Shown here: positions 26,528-35,073 of the stretch, piece after piece
Layout of the letters: each line of letters begins with the position of its first letter
Numbering within the stretch: the first letter of the stretch is position 1
Assembly (NCBI GenBank): GCA_040904565.1
Contig: JBBDTI010000054.1
Coordinates: forward strand, 22,144 to 86,143
DNA from: Rhodothermales bacterium
GTDB taxonomy: Bacteria; Bacteroidota; Rhodothermia; Rhodothermales; VXPQ01
Direction: 5' to 3'
DNA: 64,000 nucleotides
Made by a program: the position numbers and the translations under genes
The notes under the pieces: model-generated
What the model saw: only the letters and a program-made list of their open reading frames with translations
Databases searched by the model: none
What the model was told of the DNA's origin: nothing

Positions 26528-27418
26528 CTACTCCATGCCCGCAATCACGCCGCGCATGTAGGCGAACGACCGCTGCATGCCTGGGAGAGGGTCGTCGGGA
26601 TGTATCTCGTATTCGAGGTTGACGCTGCCGGCGTATTGCATATCGACCAGCTGGTGGAAAATGGCCGGCACGGGCAGCTTTCCTTCTCCGACGATGCACT
26701 GGCTGTCGCGATCGGTCAGATCCTGCAGGTCTTTCATGTGCATGTCGAGCACGCGGTCGCCGGCATCGGCGATCTCCTGTACGACGTCGTTGCCCGTTCG
26801 CGCCGTATGGCCGACGTCCACGCACAGTCCGATGCGCGGGTCCATATCGCCGATGAGCCGGAGCGCGTCGCTCGGGGCGGGATAGTGCGGGTCCTCCGGT
26901 CCGTGATTGTGGATGGCCACGCTGATGTCGTACTCCTTGACGAATTGCTCGATACGAGGCAAGGTGTCCGGATGCGGCGCGATGACGAGCATGGGAATGC
27001 CCGATGCACGGGCGTATTCGAAGAACATCCGGACGTGTTCGTCCGTGTCTTCGCTGATGGTGTTGTTGCCGCTGCTCTCGATGGTCAGGCCGGCGTCGTG
27101 AAACTCGGAGACGGCCGATCTGATCTCCGCGTCCGAGAGCTCGTACGGCAGGTGGAACGATTTCACGCTGACGGTCGTCGCGCCGAGGGCGTTCACCATC
27201 GCGATGGCCTCTTCACGGGAGAACTCCCGGAGCGAGTACGTCGCGACGCCGAGCCGCACGCGGTCGTCCAGGGACTCTAAGCCATGCTTGCTCGAGGGCG
27301 ACGTCGTGCGGTCGGTCCAGCCAGGCAGGGCCGACAGAGAGAGTCCGAGCGTTCCAGCGGCTGCGTGTTTGAGAAAACGGCGACGTGGTGCGGCGTGGCG
27401 TCCGGTTTCGGTCTTCAT
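26528..27418 (-). CDS. Sugar phosphate isomerase/epimerase (xylose isomerase-like TIM barrel), Tat-exported
   Basis: ATG at 27418. Twin-arginine signal HAAPRRRFLKHAAAGTLGLSLSAL. AIHNHGPE and DVGH motifs. Confidence 0.8.
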   Translation of the reverse strand: MKTETGRHAAPRRRFLKHAAAGTLGLSLSALPGWTDRTTSPSSKHGLESLDDRVRLGVATYSLREFSREEAIAMVNALGATTVSVKSFHLPYELSDAEIRSAVSEFHDAGLTIESSGNNTISEDTDEHVRMFFEYARASGIPMLVIAPHPDTLPRIEQFVKEYDISVAIHNHGPEDPHYPAPSDALRLIGDMDPRIGLCVDVGHTARTGNDVVQEIADAGDRVLDMHMKDLQDLTDRDSQCIVGEGKLPVPAIFHQLVDMQYAGSVNLEYEIHPDDPLPGMQRSFAYMRGVIAGME

Positions 27419-27586
27419 CGTATCGTGTCGTTCGTGAGGACGCAGATCATCATTCAGTATACCAAGTCATTCCGTGGAAGTATACGAAGGACTGGCGTTC
27501 GTCGCTGAAATGAACGGCTCCATCATTGGTGCGTATTTTAGGACTCCTTTACGTCCGTCAATGCTCAAAAACCCCGTCTTGAACGC

Positions 27587-30115
27587 ATGAGAAGGTTGTG
27601 GAGGGCGCTGCCCTTTGTCCTCATCCTCTTCGTTTTGGCACCGCCCCTCGTCCGCGCACAGTCCGATCAGGTCCCGTCTCGCGAGAGCCGGTCGTCGGTC
27701 ATGACGGCGGGAGTACTGGAGGGAGACGTACAGATCGACGGACGGCTCGACGAACCGAGCTGGTCGGCTGCGGAGCGCATGGACGAATTCGTTCAGTTTG
27801 AGCCGAGGGAAGGAGACCCGCCCACGCAGCCCTCGGAGGTGCGCGTGCTGTACGGTCCGAGCAGTCTCGTCGTCGGGGCGACGCTGTTCGATGAAGATTC
27901 CGAACGCATTCAGCGTACGCTGGGGCGGCGCGACGAGTATATGCAGGCCGACTGGTTCGCGGTGTCTATCGACGCCCATCTGGATCGCCGTACGGCATTC
28001 CTTTTTGCCGTCAATGCCGCCGGCGTCGAGTATGACGCGCAGCAAACGGAGGGAGCCCGTCCGGCTCCCGGACCGGGAGACGGCGGCGATACGTCGTGGG
28101 ATGCCATCTGGGATTCTGCGGTTCGCGTAACGGCCGATGGATGGGTCGTCGAGATGGAGATCCCGTACAGCATGCTCCGCTTCTCGAGGTCGGACGTGCA
28201 GACCTGGGGCATCCGTTTCTCACGCGAGATCCCGCGCCTCGGCGAGGTCTCCGAGTGGCCCCTCGTGCCGCGTACGGAACGGGCCAACCTGATCGCCCAA
28301 TACGGTACGCTGCAGGGCATCCGCGGCATCGAGCCGCGGCGCAACGTGCAGATTACGCCGTACACGCTTTCGCGGCTCGACCGGGTGGAGGATCCGACGG
28401 AGTCGGGCACGGCGCTGCACGAGACGGGGGTGGACGTGGGAGGGGACCTGCGCGTGGGGCTCGGGTCGAACGTGACGCTGAACGCGACGGTAAATCCGGA
28501 CTTCGGCCAGGTGGAGTCCGACCCCGCCGAGCTAAATCTCACGGCGTTCGAAACGTTTTTCGAGGAGCGACGGCCTTTTTTCGTCGAAGGGTCCCAGATC
28601 TATCAGTTTCCCCTCGTAAGTCGCGGCAATTTGCTATACACGCGGCGCATCGGGGCACAGAATCCGATTCTCGGCGCCGCCAAGGTTTCCGGCCGCACGG
28701 GCGACGGACTTTCGTTCGGCGTACTGGGCGCGGCGACAGGTCACGAACTGATCGGCGAATCGAACCGTCACTACGGCGCGGCGAGGCTCAGCCAGCAAAT
28801 CGGACGCTATTCTACCGCAGGGGGAATGGTTACCGGCTTCAACGGACTTGACGGGCGGGTGGTCGCGGGCGGGGCGGACTGGGATCTGCGCTTCGCGGAT
28901 AACACCTATGGGCTGCGGGGTTTCACGGCCTTTACGAGGGGAACGGATCTTGAAACGGGCTTCACGGGACAGGTCGCCGCCGGGCGGCGCCAGGGTACGT
29001 GGACGTACGAGTTCGGCGCCGATTTTATCGACGACCGGTTCGAGCCTAACGACCTCGGCAGGCAGCGCTACAATAACACCTGGGGCGTGGTCGGACGGTT
29101 CGGGCACGACCTGAATGCCGGGCGCGACTTCGGTCCGTTTCAGCGGGCCGAGGCACGTGCGTACACGTTCAACCAGTGGTCCTACGACGAGGGCGTCAAC
29201 CTGGGCGGCCGGTTCGCCGTCAATTCGGAGTGGACGCTGCGCAGCTTCGAGACCGTCTCGGTGGATGCCTCCCTCGACAATCATTTCGGCGGATACGACC
29301 AATTCGAAACGCGCGGCCTGGGATACAACGCGATCCCGATGGCCTTCGAACTCGGGGGAGCGTTTGCGACGGACTCGCGCCGCGAGTGGCGGCTCGAACC
29401 CGAGGCCGGCGTACAGTTCGAGGACGACGGCGGCATGACGTATGCCGGCGGCGTAGATGCCGAGTGGAACGTGCGGTCGCGGCTTGGGCTCGGCGCCGAG
29501 GTTAACGTCGAGTGGGGCGACGGGACGCGAGAGTGGGCCGCCAACGAGGAATTCCGGCGCCAGGATGGCGGCTGGGCCATCCGCGAGTCGGGTGGCGTCG
29601 ATCCGAGGTTCGTTCCGTTCGACGACGGCGGCCGGCTCGATGAGATTCTTGCAGGCGTGCTGACGACGGACGGCACCGACCGGTACCGCGTCCCTGTCTT
29701 CGGCGCTCGCGACACCCGTACGTTCGACCTCACGCTCCGCACGAACTACACGTTCACGCCGGACCTGGCCCTCCAGTTCTACAGCCAGTTTTTCGTCGCG
29801 CGGGCGCGGTATGACGATTTCCGTATTCTTACCGACCCGGATACCTATGCTCGGTTCGACGCCTTCCCCAAACGTTACGAGCTCGCGCGAAGCAGCTTTC
29901 AGTTCAATGCCGTGCTCCGATGGGAGTACCGGCCGGGATCGGAGCTGTTCGCCGTGTGGACGCAGAGCCGCCGTGCCGACGACGCCCTGAACCCGCTCGG
30001 CCCGTGGGATGCTTCGCCTTACGATCGCCCCTATTCCGAGCAGATCTCCGATACGTTCGGCATCTTTCCGGGTAACGTGTTCATGCTCAAGATCAATTAC
30101 GCGTTCCTGTATTGA
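27587..30115 (+). CDS. CBM9-like + DUF5916 domain protein (predicted outer-membrane beta-barrel), copy 2
   Basis: ATG at 27587 with a signal peptide. IDGRLDEPSWSAAERMDEFVQFEPREGDPPTQPSEVRVLYGPSSLVVGATLFD parallels copy 1. C-terminus ...LKINYAFLY. Confidence 0.75.
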   Translation: MRRLWRALPFVLILFVLAPPLVRAQSDQVPSRESRSSVMTAGVLEGDVQIDGRLDEPSWSAAERMDEFVQFEPREGDPPTQPSEVRVLYGPSSLVVGATLFDEDSERIQRTLGRRDEYMQADWFAVSIDAHLDRRTAFLFAVNAAGVEYDAQQTEGARPAPGPGDGGDTSWDAIWDSAVRVTADGWVVEMEIPYSMLRFSRSDVQTWGIRFSREIPRLGEVSEWPLVPRTERANLIAQYGTLQGIRGIEPRRNVQITPYTLSRLDRVEDPTESGTALHETGVDVGGDLRVGLGSNVTLNATVNPDFGQVESDPAELNLTAFETFFEERRPFFVEGSQIYQFPLVSRGNLLYTRRIGAQNPILGAAKVSGRTGDGLSFGVLGAATGHELIGESNRHYGAARLSQQIGRYSTAGGMVTGFNGLDGRVVAGGADWDLRFADNTYGLRGFTAFTRGTDLETGFTGQVAAGRRQGTWTYEFGADFIDDRFEPNDLGRQRYNNTWGVVGRFGHDLNAGRDFGPFQRAEARAYTFNQWSYDEGVNLGGRFAVNSEWTLRSFETVSVDASLDNHFGGYDQFETRGLGYNAIPMAFELGGAFATDSRREWRLEPEAGVQFEDDGGMTYAGGVDAEWNVRSRLGLGAEVNVEWGDGTREWAANEEFRRQDGGWAIRESGGVDPRFVPFDDGGRLDEILAGVLTTDGTDRYRVPVFGARDTRTFDLTLRTNYTFTPDLALQFYSQFFVARARYDDFRILTDPDTYARFDAFPKRYELARSSFQFNAVLRWEYRPGSELFAVWTQSRRADDALNPLGPWDASPYDRPYSEQISDTFGIFPGNVFMLKINYAFLY

Positions 30116-30151
30116 GGTGAACTACAAGGTTCCAATCTCATTCCAACGACC

Positions 30152-30682
30152 ATGCAGATAAGACAGCTACTCGCAGCCATGATGATTCCCGTATTCATGA
30201 TGACATCCAACGCAGCCGGACAGGACGTCGAGGCACGGCTCGCCGAGCTCGGGATCGAACTCACCGCGCCCACGGCGCCCGTCGCCAACTACGTAAACGC
30301 CGTCCGTACCGGCAATCTGCTGTTCCTTTCCGGCAAGGGACCTACCCATCCCGACGGCAGTCAGATTCAGGGCAAGCTCGGCAGCGACCTGACCGTCGAA
30401 GAAGGCTATGAGGCCGCGCGCCTTACCGGCATCAATCTACTGGCGGTGCTCAAAGACGAGCTCGGTGACCTGAATCGCGTCAACCGGATCGTCAAGGTGA
30501 TGGGTATGGTCAATTCGGCGCCCGATTTCACGCAGCAGCCGGCCGTCGTCAACGGCTGCTCCGATCTGATGGTGGAGGTCTTCGGCGAGAAGGGACGCCA
30601 CGCAAGGGCCGCCGTCGGGATGGGGGCGCTTCCGGGAAATATCGCCGTGGAGGTGGACCTGGTCGTGGAGGTGGCGGACTAG
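30152..30682 (+). CDS. RidA/YjgF family protein with N-terminal signal peptide
   Basis: ATG at 30152. Signal MQIRQLLAAMMIPVFMMTSNAAGQ. RidA core YVNAVRTGNLLFLSGKGP...ARAAVGMGALPGNIAVEVD. Confidence 0.8.
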   Translation: MQIRQLLAAMMIPVFMMTSNAAGQDVEARLAELGIELTAPTAPVANYVNAVRTGNLLFLSGKGPTHPDGSQIQGKLGSDLTVEEGYEAARLTGINLLAVLKDELGDLNRVNRIVKVMGMVNSAPDFTQQPAVVNGCSDLMVEVFGEKGRHARAAVGMGALPGNIAVEVDLVVEVAD

Positions 30683-30781
30683 AGGCATCGATGCCCCGGC
30701 CGGCCACGCGAACGGCGAACTGATACCAGGCTCCCCGGTGATTCTCCCGAATTAGCGCGTCCGGCAGATACTAGGTTGTGA

Positions 30782-30821
30782 CCTGAACGAATAACTCAGT
30801 CGACTGAGTTATTCGTTCAGG
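30782..30821. terminator. Perfect 40-nt palindrome CCTGAACGAATAACTCAGTC|GACTGAGTTATTCGTTCAGG between convergent genes
   Basis: Read directly; every one of the 20 positions pairs. Lies between the + gene ending at 30682 and the - gene ending at 30927. Shares its left arm with the 9511-9544 element. Confidence 0.6.
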
Positions 30822-30926
30822 AACTCGTACAGGAACGTGTAGAGTGCCGTCAAGCCGACGTTGGTGCCCCGGATCTGTTGACGTTCAGCCAAAGCCAGTA
30901 ATTCACGTCAGCTGCGGCCCGGACGA

Positions 30927-32144
30927 CTACGCCGACGTGGCCGCGGCGTCCACATCCTCCCGAAAAAAGAAACCGAAGAGCGCCGTCACGAACGCGGCAA
31001 AGCCGAGCGGCATCAGCCAGAAGAGCTGCCATTCCTGGAGCGCCTCGCCGGTTACGACGCGGTTGAAGACGCCCCCGGCGATGAGTGTACCCATGCCCTG
31101 TCCGATTCCGTACGTGACCAGCACGAACAGGCCCTGCGCCTGGGCGCGAATGGTTGGATCCGCCTTCTTGTCGATATAGATCTGTCCGGCGATGTAGACG
31201 AAGCCGTAGCAGATGCCGTGCAGCGCGATCCCGATGAGGATGAACAGGGTCGGTGCTCCCATCGCGCCGGTCAGGAACAGACCGTACCGCACGACCCAGG
31301 CCGTCATGCCGATGAGGAGGACGCGCTTGACGCCGAACTTCGTGAAGAACCACGGCATCAGGAGCAGGAAGACGATCTCGGACATCTGTCCGAACGTCAT
31401 CTTGAAGGCGGGATCCGCGATGTCCGCAGCGTTCAAGAACACGGGCACGTAGGCGTAGTATGTGGCCAGGGGAATGCTCGTCAGCACCAGGCTGACGATG
31501 AAGATCGCGAACGATTTCGACCCGAGCTGCTTCAGCGCATCGATGCCGATGATTTCCCGAAACGTCGTGCGCCGGCTTGCCGCGGGTGGCGGGACGTTGG
31601 GCAGCGTGAAGCAGTAGCCGGCCATGAGGATGCCGCCCACACCGGCGATCTGCATGGGGAGGGCGGTCTCGTCGGCGTGCAGGACGTAACTCACGAGCAC
31701 GCCCGCGCCGATCCACCCGATACTCCCGAACGCGCGGATCAGCGGAAACTGCTGTTCGCGATCCTCCAGGTTATGAAACGCCGTGGCCATGGCGAGTCCG
31801 ACCGTGGGCATGTAGCACACCATATGCAGCAGCAGCAGTACCAGGAAAAGCGGTGTGGAGACGAAGTCGCCCTCCGCGACGAACGGGGCGGAGAAGACGA
31901 ACGTACCGCTCAACAGGTGCATCACGCCCATCACCTTCTGGACCGGGAAATAGCGATCGGCGATCATGCCCAGAAAGAAGGGGGAGACGAGCGATCCGAT
32001 CGGGCTGGCCATATACGCCCAGTAAATGGCGTCGGTCATGCCCACGGCGGACATATAGTTGCCGGCCGTGGCATACCAGGCGCCCCAGACGAAGAACTGG
32101 AGGAACATCATGAGGCGCAGGCGCGCCGTCAGCCATCCGCTCAT
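30927..32144 (-). CDS. MFS transporter, nucleoside:H+ symporter (NupG/XapB-like) family
   Basis: ATG at 32144. N-terminus LRLMMFLQFFVWGAWYATAGNYM matches the NupG-family signature. 12 hydrophobic segments. Confidence 0.8.
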   Translation of the reverse strand: MSGWLTARLRLMMFLQFFVWGAWYATAGNYMSAVGMTDAIYWAYMASPIGSLVSPFFLGMIADRYFPVQKVMGVMHLLSGTFVFSAPFVAEGDFVSTPLFLVLLLLHMVCYMPTVGLAMATAFHNLEDREQQFPLIRAFGSIGWIGAGVLVSYVLHADETALPMQIAGVGGILMAGYCFTLPNVPPPAASRRTTFREIIGIDALKQLGSKSFAIFIVSLVLTSIPLATYYAYVPVFLNAADIADPAFKMTFGQMSEIVFLLLMPWFFTKFGVKRVLLIGMTAWVVRYGLFLTGAMGAPTLFILIGIALHGICYGFVYIAGQIYIDKKADPTIRAQAQGLFVLVTYGIGQGMGTLIAGGVFNRVVTGEALQEWQLFWLMPLGFAAFVTALFGFFFREDVDAAATSA

Positions 32145-32193
32145 ACTTCGCGTGCCCTGAACCGAACTGTAAAACGGGGGAGGTCGGTCGCGA

Positions 32194-33147
32194 TCATGCG
32201 TGCACGTCCGCCGTACGCTGCACCGTCTCTTTGATGTACGCGAGCGAAAGACGCGTCGCCTCTTCGATGCCGTCCATGCCTGCGAGCTGATGACTGCGAA
32301 GGCAGGGAAGGCAGTATTCGGCGACGAGATAGCCGTCGTAGCCGAACTCCCAGAGCGCTTCGATGAAGGCTTCGTAGTTCACGCGCACCGCGATGTTCGG
32401 GGCGACATCCTGCACGGGCTCCCCGTCCTCGTCCGCGCTGAAATTCCACGAGCCGAAATGGGTCAGGAGGATGTCGTCGCCGCACGCTTCGACGGCCTCT
32501 CGCATGTAGTCGTTGGACTGCCGCCCGTCGAACAGGGGGGCGTCGATGCAGAGGCGGACGTTGTCCCGGTCGATCTCGTTCATCATCGCCAGGGCGTCCT
32601 CGTAGCCTGGACGCAGGACGGGCGCATGGTTCTGCAGGGCGAGCGTGATGCCCAGATCCTCCGCCCACTCCGACACCTCGCGGATGCCCTCGATGGCCCG
32701 GTGCCAGCGCCGAAGATCCGGCCCGTACTGCTGTTTGTAGTAGTCGCCGCGTTCGTACGGCGCGTAGAAGGACGTGTCTTCCTCGTCGTTCACGATGCCC
32801 GGCCAGGCGGCAAAAATCTTTACGAGATCCACGTCGAGGTCGTGGGCGAGGTCGAGCACCTCGCCCATCATGGCCAGATTGTTTTCGCGGTCTTCCATCG
32901 TGCGCCCCGCGAAGTTGGACATGCTCTCGATGGCACACAGCTCGATGCCTTCGCCGTCGGCGGCGGCCCTGATGTTGTCCCGGTCCGATGCCGAAAGATC
33001 GATCGGCGAGGCGACGGGCCGCTTGGTTTCGATCGCGAGTCCGTCGAAGCCCAGCTCGCGGGCTTTTCGGATCTGTCGTTCGAGAGAGAGCGGCTCACCG
33101 TCGTACCAGAGTCCCGAGTACGATACCGAGAGGAGGCCGAATTTCAT
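32194..33147 (-). CDS. Sugar phosphate isomerase/epimerase (xylose isomerase-like TIM barrel), cytoplasmic
   Basis: ATG at 33147 (MKFGLLSVSYSGLW...). LALQNHAP motif. No signal peptide. The ORF is open to 33267, but that extension is unsupported. Confidence 0.75.
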   Translation of the reverse strand: MKFGLLSVSYSGLWYDGEPLSLERQIRKARELGFDGLAIETKRPVASPIDLSASDRDNIRAAADGEGIELCAIESMSNFAGRTMEDRENNLAMMGEVLDLAHDLDVDLVKIFAAWPGIVNDEEDTSFYAPYERGDYYKQQYGPDLRRWHRAIEGIREVSEWAEDLGITLALQNHAPVLRPGYEDALAMMNEIDRDNVRLCIDAPLFDGRQSNDYMREAVEACGDDILLTHFGSWNFSADEDGEPVQDVAPNIAVRVNYEAFIEALWEFGYDGYLVAEYCLPCLRSHQLAGMDGIEEATRLSLAYIKETVQRTADVHA

Positions 33148-33370
33148 GTCCTGTACCTGGAGTTCCAGAAGTCGGTTCAAACGAGGGTGGCCGCATGCCC
33201 CATCAGTATCCAGAATGCGGGCGTAAATCACAACCTGAGGGCGCGCCCCTCTGACGGCGGCCGGCAAGAAGGATGGGCGCGCGCGCCTGGTTCAGCGAAT
33301 GTCCGTCCGCTCGCCCATCTCGACGACGTGATATCGATTCTGCAGCGCCTGCGACAGCATCGTCTTCACC

Positions 33371-33985
33371 TCAAATGGGTATCCCTTCGCCCAGAAGCGG
33401 TTGGCCTCGTCGTACGCCATCGTGCCGCGATGTGCCGTCGAGCGTGATGAGATAGCCGCAGTCCAGGAGATTCGCTTCGATGTAAACGGCAGACAGTTGA
33501 TCGCCGTGGATGGCGCGTATCGCGTCGACCTGAACCCGACGCACGCTGAACGACGTACGCGGCTCGGCGATCACGAGGCGTTCCGTCGGGATGCCGAGCT
33601 CTTCGGCGATGTCAACCGTGCTGGCCGGGATGACGAAGATGCAGTCGGAATGCTCGAGCAGAATGCGCACCGTCCGCCTCCCGAAATGGTCGCCGTGTCC
33701 GTGTGTGATAAAGGCGACGTCCAGCTCGGGCGCCAGCTCCATCGCTGAAATCGGTGAAGGCTCCAGCCTACCCGGATATTCGAGAACGAGGTCGGTGCCT
33801 ACGAGCAGATCTCCCGACTTGATCAACCAGCCGTTGTGTCCGGTCCACCACACGGCGGCATCACCCTCGTGGGTGCGGATCTCGTCAATGAGGCGCGGCG
33901 CATCCTGGGCGCGGAGCGATGCCGGAATCAGGAGCGCGACGGCCAGCAGTCCGACCGTTGCGAGCCGCCGCGTCATTCGCTCCAC
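33371..33985 (-). CDS. MBL-fold metallo-hydrolase, secreted
   Basis: HxHxDH motif FITHGHGDHFG. Signal-like MTRRLATVGLLAVALLIPASLRAQ. GTG at 33985 or ATG at 33976; overlaps the upstream gene end. Confidence 0.8.
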   Translation of the reverse strand: MERMTRRLATVGLLAVALLIPASLRAQDAPRLIDEIRTHEGDAAVWWTGHNGWLIKSGDLLVGTDLVLEYPGRLEPSPISAMELAPELDVAFITHGHGDHFGRRTVRILLEHSDCIFVIPASTVDIAEELGIPTERLVIAEPRTSFSVRRVQVDAIRAIHGDQLSAVYIEANLLDCGYLITLDGTSRHDGVRRGQPLLGEGIPI

Positions 33986-34965
33986 GATTTCACCCCCAGC
34001 AGGCGCTCGCCCAGCTCGTTCAGCTGCGCGCGGTCGTACCGGTTTTTCTCAAGATTGCGGGGGTCGCCCGGGAAGGCGACGCCCTTCGGATGCTCGCGAT
34101 CGCGCCACAACCGGATGCGCTTCTGCCGCTGCTCTTCGTTGCCCTCGTCGGCCGGATACATGGACACGTACTGGGCGATGCGAGCGCGATCCTGGGAGCG
34201 ATTCGGTTTTACGCCGTGCGCAAGTAAGGAATTCCAGATGATGAGGTCACCCGCCTCGAGCGGGATGAACTCTACGTCGAAATCGGATACGTCCGGATAG
34301 TAGGGATCGCGATCTTCCGGCTGCTGCGCCAGCCAGTCGTCGAACGTTCGAAAGAGCTCCGGCACGCACTGGAATCCGCCGACCTCGGGATCCGTATCCA
34401 CCAGAGAAAGGACCCCCTGCACGTTGATCGGCAGCGGGTCTTTAGACGTATCCACGTCCCAGTGAATAAAGCCCTCAAACTGGCGCTCGCCGCGATTGGG
34501 CGTGTTGAGATTGGCCCGGTCGATGGTTACCCACAGGTCCTCGCGGTCCCAGATGTCGACGTAGGCGTCGTAGATACGCTTCGTCTGCCGGGTATCCCAC
34601 AGCAGCTGGTGGTTGTAGACCTCCACCATGCCGGCGTTATTTAGTTCTTCCATGCCGTGACGGCGCCGGTCTCCGATCCACGTCGACGGATCGTCCGGGT
34701 CCATCTCCTGGAACTCCCACAGGAAAGCGATGAGCCGGTCCCTGTGATCTTTCGGAATGGCATCTGGCACGACGACGTATCCCAACGTCTGCCAGTGCTC
34801 CCAATCGGCCTCGGAGAGCACGCGCAGCGGAAGCGACTTGTCGATCTCCCGAAGCGGCACGTCGAGCGTCAGTGATGCATTGCCTTCGTGACTTGGACCC
34901 TTCTCCACTTCCGCCATGGCTCGTTCCGAATGATTGTCCGACAGGTACTCATCAAACCTTTTCAC
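33973..34965 (-). CDS. Phytanoyl-CoA dioxygenase (PhyH) family Fe(II)/2-oxoglutarate dioxygenase
   Basis: HxD in FIHWDVD and distal His in SLLAHGVKPN. GTG at 34965 (an ATG lies 16 codons downstream). Confidence 0.7.
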   Translation of the reverse strand: MKRFDEYLSDNHSERAMAEVEKGPSHEGNASLTLDVPLREIDKSLPLRVLSEADWEHWQTLGYVVVPDAIPKDHRDRLIAFLWEFQEMDPDDPSTWIGDRRRHGMEELNNAGMVEVYNHQLLWDTRQTKRIYDAYVDIWDREDLWVTIDRANLNTPNRGERQFEGFIHWDVDTSKDPLPINVQGVLSLVDTDPEVGGFQCVPELFRTFDDWLAQQPEDRDPYYPDVSDFDVEFIPLEAGDLIIWNSLLAHGVKPNRSQDRARIAQYVSMYPADEGNEEQRQKRIRLWRDREHPKGVAFPGDPRNLEKNRYDRAQLNELGERLLGVKSWSE

Positions 34966-34976
34966 TGCGTAATATA

Positions 34977-34997
34977 GAACATCCGAGCGAGATGTTC
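34977..34997. promoter_or_regulatory. Inverted repeat GAACATC-N7-GATGTTC in the divergent PhyH/CE4 promoter region
   Basis: Read directly. 12 nt from the PhyH GTG (34965) and 77 nt from the CE4 ATG (35074). Confidence 0.3.
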
Positions 34998-35073
34998 GGC
35001 TCGCCCTCCCGCGAGTCCGTCGATCCGTATTTCGACTCGAACCTATACGCTGTTTTCATTTTTCAGGCATGAC

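Noticed and set aside
27457-27485. Apparent enrichment of the GTATAC hexamer in promoter regions (6098, 7797, 27457, 27480, 56973) as a global regulatory motif.
   Set aside because: The same hexamer also occurs inside coding regions (for example near 21404, 47888, 49943, 57118, 62535). A rough composition estimate predicts several chance hits in 64 kb. Only the extended GTATACTT shared by the two Gfo paralog promoters is kept.
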